Source: a virus. From it: DNA of 64,000 nucleotides. The stretch's first letter is position 1, and every line of letters begins with the position of its first letter. Below are positions 43,725 to 52,472 of this stretch, piece by piece. The position numbers and the translations under genes are program-made. The notes under the pieces were generated by a model. It was not told where the DNA came from. It ran no database searches and saw only the letters and a list, made by a program, of their open reading frames with translations. The stretch covers positions 4,792-68,791 of the IMG/VR virus record IMGVR_UViG_3300010373_000007; one strand, given 5' to 3'.

Positions 43725-44533
43725 CGCGCGACGGCGAGCAGGTTGTTCTCGGCTTCGGTGACGGCGGCCTCGGCGGCCTTGACGGCGGCCTCGGCGATTC
43801 GGACGGATTCGATCGCGGCCTTGTGCTCGCCGCGGGCCTGCTCTGCGGCGACCAGGGCGCGCGCGTAGGCGGCGCCGGCCTCCTCGGCGGGCGAGCGCGG
43901 GGCGGAGGCGGGAGCCTTGCCGCGGGGAGATCCATCCTTGAGGCCGCGCGGCTTGGGGTAGTCGCGCAGCGCCGGGATCAGCTCCAGGAGCTTGTCGTAG
44001 TTCGCCTGCATCGGGAGCATGAGCCCCATCTCCCAGCCGCTGATCGTTGAGCCGTGGACGCCGCCCAGGGCGCCCAGCTCGCGCTGTCCGATCTTCTCGA
44101 CCTCCTCGCGTAGGTATCGGAGCGCGTCCCGGAAGTTCCGGATGTTGGGGCGCGAGGGCGGGATGACGACGAGGGAGCCGGCATCGATCACGGCGGCGGG
44201 CGCGGGCGGCGTGGCGACGGCGGGCGCGGGCGGCGTGGCGGCTGGCTCGGGGTCGCGGGATCTCTCCGGGAGGAGGTGCTGGAACGTCGTCAGGACCCGC
44301 ATCCCCTTGAGCGTGTAGATCCCCTTGAGCTGGTAGCTGCTCGGGAACCCGAGGCCTGCCTCCCACTTGTCGACCTCTCCGGCGCCGGTGCTCGCGTGGC
44401 CCGCGATCTCTCGGAGTGTGAACCCGGCTCGCTCTCGGCACTGACGGAGGGCCTGGCCCCAGGTTGTGATCTTGGCGGGGCCTGACGGGATGAGTCTGGG
44501 CGCGTTGAATGGCTGCTTGGCGTGTGCGTTCAT
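43718..44533 (-). CDS. Tandem-HTH (two XRE-like domains) regulator with coiled-coil tail
   Basis: ATG 44533 preceded by CAGGAGAAC; a GTG at 44560 (GTGA overlap) is the alternative. TWGQALRQCRERAGFTLREIA...KWEAG and NFRDALRYLREEVEKIGQRELG...GWEMG. A 24-nt tandem duplication encodes ATPPAPAV/ATPPAPAA. Confidence 0.65.
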   Translation of the reverse strand: MNAHAKQPFNAPRLIPSGPAKITTWGQALRQCRERAGFTLREIAGHASTGAGEVDKWEAGLGFPSSYQLKGIYTLKGMRVLTTFQHLLPERSRDPEPAATPPAPAVATPPAPAAVIDAGSLVVIPPSRPNIRNFRDALRYLREEVEKIGQRELGALGGVHGSTISGWEMGLMLPMQANYDKLLELIPALRDYPKPRGLKDGSPRGKAPASAPRSPAEEAGAAYARALVAAEQARGEHKAAIESVRIAEAAVKAAEAAVTEAENNLLAVARA

Positions 44534-44556
44534 CGGGCGTTCTCCTGGTTGGTGGT

Positions 44557-44817
44557 TCACGGTCGGGATCCTTCTCGGATCGCGATCTCATTGGCCGCCT
44601 TGGCGATCACCTCCATCCACTTGCGGCCGTGCCCCGTGAGCCGGTGCCCGAGGCGGTGGTGGCGGAGCATCTCGGGGACCTTGGAGGTGACGATGATCCG
44701 CTCGGCGAGGGTTCCGTAGTCGTCTCCCATCTGGAAGTCCCCCCGCTCTGCGCGGCGGGTGTCTCCCCACTTGGCCCCGCAGGAGCAGGTAGCTACGGCG
44801 TTCTGGCGTGTTGGCAT
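44557..44817 (-). CDS. Hypothetical protein
   Basis: 86 aa. Confidence 0.45.
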   Translation of the reverse strand: MPTRQNAVATCSCGAKWGDTRRAERGDFQMGDDYGTLAERIIVTSKVPEMLRHHRLGHRLTGHGRKWMEVIAKAANEIAIREGSRP

Positions 44818-44876
44818 CTGGTGGACCCCGTGCGGGCCCGGAACCGAAGCTCCGGGCCCGAGGCGGGATCCGCCAG

Positions 44877-46040
44877 CTACGCGGCCTGCTTCTCCCCCGC
44901 GCCCCCGACGAACGAGCCCGCGAGCACCTGGAGGTCCAGCTTGCGGTCGGCGTCCATGCCGTCCTGGTTGGCCAGCCAGGAGATCGCGTTGGAGAAGCGC
45001 CAGGCCGTGTTACCCGGCGGGAGCATCTCGACGTCGGGCGAGTTGTACTTGTCCACGATCAGCTTCTCCTCGGCCTTGCCGACGACCTTCCGGAGCGAGG
45101 CCAGCGCCTTGTCGGCGTCCAGCTCGGTCGCGTTCGCCTCGCGGACCCGCTCGATCATCCCCTTGATGGCGTCGGCGCCGAGGAGGGCCTTGGCGGCGTC
45201 GGTCATCGCGCTGCGGGTGAAGTCCTCGTTCAGCTTGCGGGTCCGGTTCGAGAACGTCGTCTCGTCGAGCTGGGCGCCGATGTGGACGCGGCGGAACTGG
45301 GCCGTGACGCTCGCGCCGTTGAGGCAGAGGAGCCGCTCGATGAACCCGCGGAGCTCGCGCCCGCCGTTCCCGTAGTCGCTCGTCCGGTAGTCGGCGCCGA
45401 TGATCGCCCACTCGCCCGGGAAGACCTCGATCGGCTCCGGCTTGACGATCCGGAACGAGCAGCGCGTGTCGAGCGCGTAGCCGTCGATCATGACGGCGCC
45501 GGCGACGCGGGCGACCTCCATGATGGCCTGGAGCGCCGGGCGGCTGTCGTCGGTCCGGTAGTTCCGCCCGAGGACGCCGCGGACGACGCCGTCGACCCGG
45601 CGAACGAGGAACTTCGCGTCGTCGTCCTGGTGCGCGAGGAGCTCGCTCAGGTTGCGGCCGACGAGGTCGCGCCCCCAGTCCGTCCCGCGCAGCTCACCGA
45701 GGTACTTACGAGGGAACCCCGCCCGCTCGGCGACCTGGCCGAGCGCGTGCTCGTGGAAGTCTCCGAGGTGGCCGGCGGCGTCGCCGATTTGGCCGAGCTT
45801 GAACTTGCCGTCGGCGTTCGCCCAGACCTTCAGGGCCGTCGCGCGGACGACCGCGTCAACGGGGACCTCGCGCTCGACCCGGGCGAGCGCGGCGACGGCG
45901 TTCTCGCGTCCCTTGTTGATCCGCTCCTGCAGCTTCGCCCGGGCCTTGTTCTCCCGCTCGGCGGCCGACATCCCGGCGTACTCGCCGTGAACGCGGTCCA
46001 GGGTGCGGGGCTGGGGCTTGATGACCTCGACGTTTTCCAT
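44877..46040 (-). CDS. DUF932-like phage/plasmid protein
   Basis: 387 aa. VRGVLGRNYRTDDSRPALQAIME... and ...YRTSDYGNGGRELRGFIERLLCLNGA fit the DUF932 pattern. Confidence 0.55.
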   Translation of the reverse strand: MENVEVIKPQPRTLDRVHGEYAGMSAAERENKARAKLQERINKGRENAVAALARVEREVPVDAVVRATALKVWANADGKFKLGQIGDAAGHLGDFHEHALGQVAERAGFPRKYLGELRGTDWGRDLVGRNLSELLAHQDDDAKFLVRRVDGVVRGVLGRNYRTDDSRPALQAIMEVARVAGAVMIDGYALDTRCSFRIVKPEPIEVFPGEWAIIGADYRTSDYGNGGRELRGFIERLLCLNGASVTAQFRRVHIGAQLDETTFSNRTRKLNEDFTRSAMTDAAKALLGADAIKGMIERVREANATELDADKALASLRKVVGKAEEKLIVDKYNSPDVEMLPPGNTAWRFSNAISWLANQDGMDADRKLDLQVLAGSFVGGAGEKQAA

Positions 46041-46124
46041 GTTCTTTCTCCTCGGTTCGTTGGTGGTCGCGGTAGTGCGGACCGTGCGGGGCCCGACGGC
46101 GGTCAGACCCAGAGGCGGCGCGCG

Positions 46125-46646
46125 CTACGGGTCTAGTTCATCCAGGACCATGTCGATCAGATCTCGGTACGGCATCCACGCCACGCAGGCGTCCTGCTTT
46201 GAGCCATACCGGACGACACATCCCTCGTTCGCGATCCGTTCCGGCAGGGGAAGCGGTTCAAGCCCACGACATCCGGACGGGCGGTGGTCGAAGATCGCGC
46301 AACCTGCGGCCGTCAGGAAGTTGCAGGGGCCGCCCCACGACCCGTCTCGCAGGCGCCCGCGCCCTTGCGTTGTAGCCGGGCGGAGGTAGTACGCCGACCC
46401 GACCATCGCGTCGCTCAGACGGCTGTGATCCGGGCGCGGGTCGCCTTCCCACCAATCGACCGACCATGCACCGGAAGCGAGACGCTCCCGCAGAAGCCGA
46501 TGCATCTCTGCCCGATCGGGAGCGCCGAAGTCTTCTGGCAGTGCCGCGCCTGGCGCAGAGTGGCAGCAAGACGCCTTGGCATCTCCGCATGGTCCGCAAA
46601 GATCGGGTCGCTCATACGAATCGCGAACCACCGGAAGATGTTTCAT
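46125..46646 (-). CDS. YkgJ-type Cys-cluster (zinc/iron-chelating) protein
   Basis: ATG 46646 in an ATGA overlap, 173 aa. CGPCGDAKASCC ... GCAIFDHRPSGCR. Confidence 0.6.
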   Translation of the reverse strand: MKHLPVVRDSYERPDLCGPCGDAKASCCHSAPGAALPEDFGAPDRAEMHRLLRERLASGAWSVDWWEGDPRPDHSRLSDAMVGSAYYLRPATTQGRGRLRDGSWGGPCNFLTAAGCAIFDHRPSGCRGLEPLPLPERIANEGCVVRYGSKQDACVAWMPYRDLIDMVLDELDP

Positions 46647-47062
46647 AGCCCCACCGCCCGCACGGCCGCCGTGACCCCCGCGTCGAACGTCTGGTTCAGC
46701 ACGTCCAGGAGCACCTCGCAGGCGACGCAGCGGCCCGGCTTCTGGTAGTGCGCCCGGTGGGCCTTGCGGCCGGTCTCGGCGAAGTCCGGCCGGCGGACGT
46801 CCTGCTTGACGTCGATGGCCGCACCGTCGCCGGAGAAGTGGCGCGCGCGGATGGCCGCCACGACCATCCCCCAGGTGGTGTCGGAAGGGGCGGTCTTGCA
46901 GCCAGCCAGGAGGCCGTAGACGTCGCGTTGGGGGGGCGTCAGGTGCTCCAGGAAGGTCGCCAGGAGGTCGTTCTGGGCCTGCGAGCGCGTGGGCGGGAGG
47001 ATCCCCAGGATGGAGATGACCTTCCGGGCGCGGGCGGCGTCCTCGAAGCCGTTGGCGGCCAT
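46643..47062 (-). CDS. Hypothetical protein
   Basis: ATG 47062 in a TGATG overlap. 139 aa. Confidence 0.5.
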   Translation of the reverse strand: MAANGFEDAARARKVISILGILPPTRSQAQNDLLATFLEHLTPPQRDVYGLLAGCKTAPSDTTWGMVVAAIRARHFSGDGAAIDVKQDVRRPDFAETGRKAHRAHYQKPGRCVACEVLLDVLNQTFDAGVTAAVRAVGL

Positions 47063-47367
47063 CAGAGATCCACCTCGTTCGTGCGAACTTTCCCGCCCTG
47101 CGCCTCGAACCACGGAACCAGCTTGCCGCGGAAGCAGTCGGGACAGATGTCGAGGATGGTCTGGTTGATGGTCCCGCCCTCGGGATAGATGTCGCCCTCT
47201 TCCATGCCGACGTGGACCTCCATTTTTTCGTACATGCCCTGGCTGTAGTCGCCCCCGACGGGGTAATCCTCGCCGCGCCCGCGGCGCCCACACAGCTCGC
47301 AGACCACAGCCGCCACACGCCGGACGGTGCTCGCCGGCACCTCGACCGTCTTGTGCTCAATCGCCAT
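47062..47367 (-). CDS. Small zinc-ribbon protein
   Basis: 101 aa, CELCG...CPDC. Confidence 0.5.
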   Translation of the reverse strand: MAIEHKTVEVPASTVRRVAAVVCELCGRRGRGEDYPVGGDYSQGMYEKMEVHVGMEEGDIYPEGGTINQTILDICPDCFRGKLVPWFEAQGGKVRTNEVDL

Positions 47368-47933
47368 CAGCGCACCGCCCCGGTCGTCACGCCGTCAGTC
47401 TTGGGGGCCACCTCGGGCAGCTCCGCGGGCGTCTCGGTGGTCGCCGTGGCCGTCCGGTCGTCGTCCCCCGAGTCGACGATCTGGGCGTGGCCGAAGTCGG
47501 TCGTGGCGTGAACGGGAGCTGTCCATGTCGACGGCCCGGCGGCCAGCGTCCCGACCGTCTCGACCTGCGGCGCCGCCGCGCGCGCCGCGCACCCGGCGCC
47601 CAAGAAGGCCGCCAGGGCGAGTGTCATCACCGCCCCGAGGACCGCGCGCGCCCAGCGCGGCAGGTCCGGCGCGCCCGCGCAGCGGTGCCCGAACACCAGC
47701 GCCTTCATCCCCATCGGCTCCAGGCAATTCCCGCAGGCCCGGTAGACGACGTCGGTGGTCTTGAGGTCGTCCTCGTGCTCCTCGGTGGCCAGGAGCACCT
47801 CCAGGCACCAGGACGGCCAGTCGTGGTGGCGGCCGGCGGTACCATTGAGGATCATCTCCGGGACCACCGTGCCGGCCGCCGTTCGGCCCGACCAAAGCAG
47901 CCCCACCAACCTCGCGCGCGTCGTTTCAGTCAT
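47367..47933 (-). CDS. Hypothetical protein with one predicted membrane span
   Basis: 188 aa. ATG preceded by GAGGAGG. Hydrophobic AVLGAVMTLALAAFLGAG. Confidence 0.55.
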   Translation of the reverse strand: MTETTRARLVGLLWSGRTAAGTVVPEMILNGTAGRHHDWPSWCLEVLLATEEHEDDLKTTDVVYRACGNCLEPMGMKALVFGHRCAGAPDLPRWARAVLGAVMTLALAAFLGAGCAARAAAPQVETVGTLAAGPSTWTAPVHATTDFGHAQIVDSGDDDRTATATTETPAELPEVAPKTDGVTTGAVR

Positions 47934-47977
47934 CGGTTCCTCCTCGGAAAACCCAGTTCGGCTCCTCGCCGATCTGT

Positions 47978-47995
47978 TACGTACATATTATCGAA
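47978..47995 (-). promoter_or_regulatory. AT-rich -10-like island (CGTTCGATAATATGTACG on gene strand)
   Basis: TAATAT at 47984-47989, with ATGGAC 17 nt upstream. About 50 nt upstream of ATG 47933. Confidence 0.35.
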
Positions 47996-48002
47996 CGTTG
48001 GC

Positions 48003-48033
48003 CCGAAGTCCATCCCCTTCGGCGTCTTTTTTT
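48003..48033 (+). terminator. Hairpin plus T7 tract (plus-strand orientation)
   Basis: CCGAAG-8nt-CTTCGG followed by CGTC and TTTTTTT. No plus-strand gene is obvious upstream. Confidence 0.25.
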
Positions 48034-48040
48034 CGGACCT

Positions 48041-48069
48041 CGTAACCCCGCGAGTCTCGCGGACTTACG
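48041..48069. repeat. 29-nt palindrome CGTAAC-CC-CGCGAG-T-CTCGCG-GA-CTTACG
   Basis: 12 of 14 symmetric pairs match. The outer arms are inverted CGTAA half-sites. Confidence 0.6.
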
Positions 48070-48181
48070 GCAGCCTTTCGGGCGTCTTCGGCCTGGGCAT
48101 CGGCGATGAGGCGCTCCAGGCGGGCCCGATCCTCGTCGTCCCGGATGGGTTGCCGGGCCAGCTCCCGGCGCCAGCGGCGGC

Positions 48182-48922
48182 TCACTTGACGACCTCGAAC
48201 GAGAGCGCCCAGACCATCGGGTTGTCCCGGAACGACTGCTCCCCGTTGAGGACCTTCCAGAGCGCGAAGAAGGCGCCGCGCGCGGTCGGCTCGGCAACGC
48301 CATCGCGGTCGCTCCGCCAGCCATCGTCGCCCGGGATCATCCCCTCGGCGCGCGCGTCCTCCTCGCTGATCTCGGTGAGGCGCTGGGCGCGGACCTCGGT
48401 GATCTTGAGCGTCAGGCGCGACGCCCAGCGCGGAAGGAAGATGCCGGGGCGCCACTTTCGATCGGCCGCCTTCTGGTCGATGGCGAAGTTGCTCGGCTCG
48501 CTCAACGTCGACCAGGTATCGCTCAGCCGGCCCGCCCACTCGGATGGGATCGTCTCACACAGCCGTCGCGAATCATCGGCTCGGTACCGAATGAACGGAT
48601 AACCGTCCTCGGTCCAATCGGCGTACTGCCAGGCTTCGCGGACCCAAAGGTGGTCGCCGATACGAATCCTCGACCAAGCCACTAGTCCGCGCGGCCACGG
48701 CATGATCCGCGTTCCCTTCCAGGCCCACCCGATCTGCTTCTCGTCCCCTGCTTCTTCCGGTAACAATCCAGCGCCAGCGCACGCCTTGAGCGTATCGAAC
48801 GCAGTCTGGTCCATGATCGACTGCTCGGGCTGGGGATTCAGCAGCCGCCGCGTCTGGGTCTTTCGGCCCGTGAGGATGGCTCGGATCATTGGAGGCGAAA
48901 ACAGGATCGGCCGCTCGGTCAT
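48182..48922 (-). CDS. ASCH-like (PUA-fold) phage protein
   Basis: ATG 48922 in an ATGA overlap, 246 aa. MTERPILFSPPMIRAILTGRKTQTRR is the typical N-terminus of this prophage family. Confidence 0.6.
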   Translation of the reverse strand: MTERPILFSPPMIRAILTGRKTQTRRLLNPQPEQSIMDQTAFDTLKACAGAGLLPEEAGDEKQIGWAWKGTRIMPWPRGLVAWSRIRIGDHLWVREAWQYADWTEDGYPFIRYRADDSRRLCETIPSEWAGRLSDTWSTLSEPSNFAIDQKAADRKWRPGIFLPRWASRLTLKITEVRAQRLTEISEEDARAEGMIPGDDGWRSDRDGVAEPTARGAFFALWKVLNGEQSFRDNPMVWALSFEVVK

Positions 48923-49797
48923 CGTGGGAATTCCCTGATGCGGATGTCCTCCGGCCACTCGGCCATGTCGCCGCCGTGATTTGGATCCTTCTCCAGCCGG
49001 AGGCGGTTCAAGCCCTCGGCGTGCCTCGCGTTGACCCCGAGTTGCTTCCAGAACGGGTGCACGCCGTCCCGGCGCATCGCGCGCGTCAAGGCGCGGCCCC
49101 AGTCCAGAACGAACGGGCGCGCGCCCGCCCCGCTCTCACCGCCGATGATTCCCCAGTGGATATCGCGGAGATCGACCGACTCATGGATCGGTCCGATCAG
49201 CGGCTCGAACGACGCGAACCGAACAATCGCCGGGATCTGCCGCAGGATCGGGATCCGAGATGTCGCTGCCTCGTCTTCGACCGTCGTCCCGATCCAGACG
49301 TTCGGCCACGGGTCGCAGCCGCGCCCACCATCCGCGATGTCGCAGAAGTCCTCGCCGCAGCAAACCCCGTCGCGCATCGACGCCTTGCAGGTGACGTTCC
49401 CGCATCCTTCGGGCGTCCACGGGAGCATCCGCGCGACGTTCTCCGGCCGCTTGGTGAGCAGCATCCAGTCGAGGTTCGGCGTCGCCAGGATGAGGCGCCA
49501 GAGGCGCTCGCGCTCGACCAGGAGGTCGACGCGGTCCTCGAACACGTCCGCCATCGACGCGCAGAACACACGCTGGCGTCGACCCTCGCCGCCGGCCTTG
49601 GCGTTCCACTTGAGCGGCTCCCGCCAGTGGTTCTCGCCGAAGAACCGGCGCGGCGCGCGCGGCCCCCAGTCGGCGCGCCCTAGGCGCTTGTCGAACGCCT
49701 CCGCGTAGCAGTGTTCGCAGCCCTTCGACACGCGCTGGCAGCCCCACCACGGGTTGAACGTCGAATCGGCCCAAGCGATCTTGGTCTCGGCTCCCAT
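48919..49797 (-). CDS. Phage Gp37/Gp68 family protein (DUF5131)
   Basis: KIAWADSTFNPWWGCQRVSKGCEHCYAE is the family signature. An extra Cys-rich insert follows (CGNVTC...CCGEDFC). Confidence 0.8.
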   Translation of the reverse strand: MGAETKIAWADSTFNPWWGCQRVSKGCEHCYAEAFDKRLGRADWGPRAPRRFFGENHWREPLKWNAKAGGEGRRQRVFCASMADVFEDRVDLLVERERLWRLILATPNLDWMLLTKRPENVARMLPWTPEGCGNVTCKASMRDGVCCGEDFCDIADGGRGCDPWPNVWIGTTVEDEAATSRIPILRQIPAIVRFASFEPLIGPIHESVDLRDIHWGIIGGESGAGARPFVLDWGRALTRAMRRDGVHPFWKQLGVNARHAEGLNRLRLEKDPNHGGDMAEWPEDIRIREFPR

Positions 49798-49803
49798 CCC
49801 GGG

Positions 49804-49813
49804 AGATTACGCC
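49804..49813 (-). promoter_or_regulatory. GGCGTAATCT box
   Basis: GGCGTAATCTCCCGGG-ATG(49797). No SD. Confidence 0.45.
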
Positions 49814-49826
49814 GGGCCGGCGACGG

Positions 49827-50144
49827 TCAGCGCTGGCAGCCGGGCGTGCCGGGATCGGCGCAGCGCACCCCCGGGCAGTCGGCGGCCGCCACCAGGCGCG
49901 CGGCGTACGCCTGCCCGATGCGGTGGCAGTCGGCGGTCAGGTCGGCCTGGATGACGGCGGGGCAGACGGCGTGCGCGTGCGCGGCGGCGGCCTCGCAGGT
50001 CACGGAGGCCGGCGGGGGCGGGGAGGCGTCGGCGTCCGGGGACGGGTTCACGGGGGGCTTTGGCGCGGGGCAGGCGAGCGACAGGAACGCGCAGGCGGCG
50101 CCCCCGAGGGCCCATAGGAGGACGCGCTGTCGGAAGCCGCGCAT
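49827..50144 (-). CDS. Cys-rich lipoprotein
   Basis: ATG 50144 in a TGATG overlap, 105 aa. MRGFRQRVLLWALGGAACAFLSLAC lipobox. Confidence 0.6.
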   Translation of the reverse strand: MRGFRQRVLLWALGGAACAFLSLACPAPKPPVNPSPDADASPPPPASVTCEAAAAHAHAVCPAVIQADLTADCHRIGQAYAARLVAAADCPGVRCADPGTPGCQR

Positions 50145-50917
50145 CAGGCCACCGCCGCCAGGAACCCATCGTAGGCCGGCACGAGGTCGCCCGCGGGGGT
50201 TTTGCCCTTCGGCGCCCAGATGCCGTTCGCCAGGAGCGCCCACGCCTCGTCGTTGTAGGCCGCCATGAAGTCGTTCGTCAGGCGCACCCGGACGCCCCAG
50301 GTGACGACGAGGAAGCCGTCGGCGTCGTACGCCTCGATCACGACGCAGTGGCCGCCCAGGCTGCCGGGCTCGGCATCGGCACCAGCGGTGGGGTCGTAGG
50401 ACCACGTCGCACCGTCGCCCTCGCCCTGCGCCTCAATGGTGCGCGGGAGCGACAGGCCGATGTAGCAGCCGCCGAAGGTGTTCACGATCTGGCGGATCTC
50501 GCCGAGGTTCTGGGCCTGCGCCGAGGCGAAGCCATCGATCTTGAACCCGCCGCAGCCGATCCCCTTGAGGTAGGTCAGGACCTCGGCCTCGACGCCCCCC
50601 TGGTCGGTCGAAGGATCCGCCGGGTTGTAGCCGGTCGACCCCTCGTAGAGCTTGAGGATGTCGTCGTCCGAGATCGTGACCTCGGATCCGTTCGCGGAGG
50701 TCGCCGCCTGGACCCAGTGCCCGAACCCGGCCGCCGTGCAGTCGCCGAGGCGGTCGTTCCCCATCACGCCGGCGGGGAAGGCCATCCCGGTCGTCCAGTC
50801 GCGCGCGTCCGGCGCCGGTGGGAGCGACGCCACGAGCTGGCGCGCCGCCATCCGGTGGGCCAGCGAGACCGGCCGCGGGGCAGCTTTCCCGAGGCGATGT
50901 CCGCCAGCGGTGGTCAT
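50144..50917 (-). CDS. Papain-like cysteine peptidase candidate
   Basis: ATG 50917 in an ATGA overlap, 257 aa. GNDRLGDCTAAG (Cys), GGHCVVIEAYD (His) and VVTWG parallel the papain CGSCW/HAV..VGY/NSWG order. Confidence 0.5.
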   Translation of the reverse strand: MTTAGGHRLGKAAPRPVSLAHRMAARQLVASLPPAPDARDWTTGMAFPAGVMGNDRLGDCTAAGFGHWVQAATSANGSEVTISDDDILKLYEGSTGYNPADPSTDQGGVEAEVLTYLKGIGCGGFKIDGFASAQAQNLGEIRQIVNTFGGCYIGLSLPRTIEAQGEGDGATWSYDPTAGADAEPGSLGGHCVVIEAYDADGFLVVTWGVRVRLTNDFMAAYNDEAWALLANGIWAPKGKTPAGDLVPAYDGFLAAVA

Positions 50918-51531
50918 CGCGCCGCCCAAGTCAGGCGCCCGCCGACGATCCGCCCGCACAGACAATCCGCGCCGGGGGAGCCGATGGCGTCAGGGCCGCC
51001 GCAGGACGCCTCGCAGCGCGCCTGCGCCGCCGCGACGGTCTCACCCGCGTAGGCGAAGTCGACCCCGGCCGGCACCCGTGGGGCTCCTCCGGCCGGGGTA
51101 CCCGGTTGGCCCGGCTCGCCCTCGGCGTTTTTTTGGAAGTCTTTCTCCAGCGACGGCGGGCAGATCAGCGACTGGTGGATCTGCCGAACCACCCCGACCG
51201 CGTGCGCCCGACCGCGGAGCTGTGCGGAGGCCGACGGGTTGCCCTCGATCTTGGCGATGATGCAGTCGATCGTCGCCTTGCCATCGGGCCCCAGCACCGC
51301 CTCCAGGTTCCGCAGCTCGTCGAGCGCGCAGACGGGGGCGGCGGCGGGGTCGAAGTTCGGGTCGCACTGGAGGGCGATGATGACCATGTCCCCCAGCTCG
51401 GTCGCCGTTCCCGTCCAGGTGATCTTCCCGATCTCGGGCTTCACGCAATCGGCGTAGATGCTTCCACAGCCTGGAATCGCCATGAAGGCGGAGAGGAGGG
51501 CGAGCAGGGCGGGCATCGTGAGGCGCTTCAT
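50914..51531 (-). CDS. Cys-rich lipoprotein
   Basis: ATG 51531 in an ATGA overlap, 205 aa. MKRLTMPALLALLSAFMAIPGC lipobox. Confidence 0.65.
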   Translation of the reverse strand: MKRLTMPALLALLSAFMAIPGCGSIYADCVKPEIGKITWTGTATELGDMVIIALQCDPNFDPAAAPVCALDELRNLEAVLGPDGKATIDCIIAKIEGNPSASAQLRGRAHAVGVVRQIHQSLICPPSLEKDFQKNAEGEPGQPGTPAGGAPRVPAGVDFAYAGETVAAAQARCEASCGGPDAIGSPGADCLCGRIVGGRLTWAAR

Positions 51532-51749
51532 TTGGTCACTCCGGCGTCGGGTTTCTTGGTCATCGTGCTCGGGTTGTCGCCCCAGTCGTTCGGCGGTGCC
51601 GGGCAGCCGGGCGTGCGCGGGTCCATGCAGGGGCACGGCTTGAGCACCGGGTCGCCCTGGCAAGACGGGTCGGCGGGCTGGTCGAACAGGTGACATCCGC
51701 CGGCCAGGAGCGCCAGCATCCCGATCGCGAGTCCCGTCTTGACCCTCAC
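51528..51749 (-). CDS. Small Cys-rich lipoprotein
   Basis: GTG 51749, 73 aa. (M)RVKTGLAIGMLALLAGGC lipobox. Confidence 0.5.
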   Translation of the reverse strand: MRVKTGLAIGMLALLAGGCHLFDQPADPSCQGDPVLKPCPCMDPRTPGCPAPPNDWGDNPSTMTKKPDAGVTK

Positions 51750-51781
51750 GCCGACGATGCTGCGCCGGCCGCGCGCGCCCG

Positions 51782-52174
51782 TCAAGCGTCGGTCTCGGGC
51801 CGGTCCTCGACGTCGGCCTGGTAGTCCTTCTTCTCCAGGGTCCGCTCGCCAAGTTTCTCGTCCGTCTCGGCGTCGTGGATCGCCGCGATGCCGTGTCCGA
51901 AGTCCTTCAATTCGTAAACCTGGCACTCCTGCTCGGTCGTCCCCTCGCGAATGTCCTGCTTCAACTTCCGCTTGTCAGCGCGCAGGGCGGTAATCTTCTC
52001 CTTGGCGGGCTTGAGCGTCTCGGTCAGGGCGTCGATCTGAAGCTCCGCCTCGGCGAGGCGCATCTTCCGCGCCGCGGTCTCGTCGGCGTCGATCGGGACG
52101 CGAACAAGCTTCGGGAAAATTCCGGTGCGGACGACTTCACTGGACTTCGCAGTCTCTGGCATGCTTGCCTCCAT
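51782..52174 (-). CDS. Hypothetical coiled-coil protein
   Basis: 130 aa. Start follows a GGCGTAATCT box by 9 nt. Confidence 0.55.
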   Translation of the reverse strand: MEASMPETAKSSEVVRTGIFPKLVRVPIDADETAARKMRLAEAELQIDALTETLKPAKEKITALRADKRKLKQDIREGTTEQECQVYELKDFGHGIAAIHDAETDEKLGERTLEKKDYQADVEDRPETDA

Positions 52175-52180
52175 CGGCAG

Positions 52181-52190
52181 AGATTACGCC
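52181..52190 (-). promoter_or_regulatory. GGCGTAATCT box
   Basis: TAG-GGCGTAATCTCTGCCG-ATG(52174). No SD. Confidence 0.45.
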
Positions 52191-52472
52191 CTATCCGGCA
52201 CGGAGGGCGGCGTCCCGCACCCGGCGGATGATGGGGAGGCGTTCCTTGAACGACAGGCCGGCGCGCACCAGCTCCCGCTCCAGGGCGGCGCAGACGCGCT
52301 CGACCCCTTCGCCGTAGCCGGATTCGCGACCCGCCATGTGGTCCAGAGAGCGGTGCGGAGTCGTCTCGGCGAGCGGTTCCGGGCGAGCATCGATGACGGT
52401 CGGCATCCGCTGGAACCACTCGGGCACCGGATTGTCGTCATCGTCTCCCTGGTCCACGCCGAGACGATACAT
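52191..52472 (-). CDS. Hypothetical protein
   Basis: 93 aa. Confidence 0.5.
   Translation of the reverse strand: MYRLGVDQGDDDDNPVPEWFQRMPTVIDARPEPLAETTPHRSLDHMAGRESGYGEGVERVCAALERELVRAGLSFKERLPIIRRVRDAALRAG

Noticed and set aside
51528-52174. i-spanin/o-spanin pair (130-aa coiled-coil protein followed by a 73-aa lipoprotein)
   Set aside because: The coiled-coil protein has no N-terminal transmembrane segment. The pair is also far from the endolysin. It is kept only as part of the broader lipoprotein-module finding.
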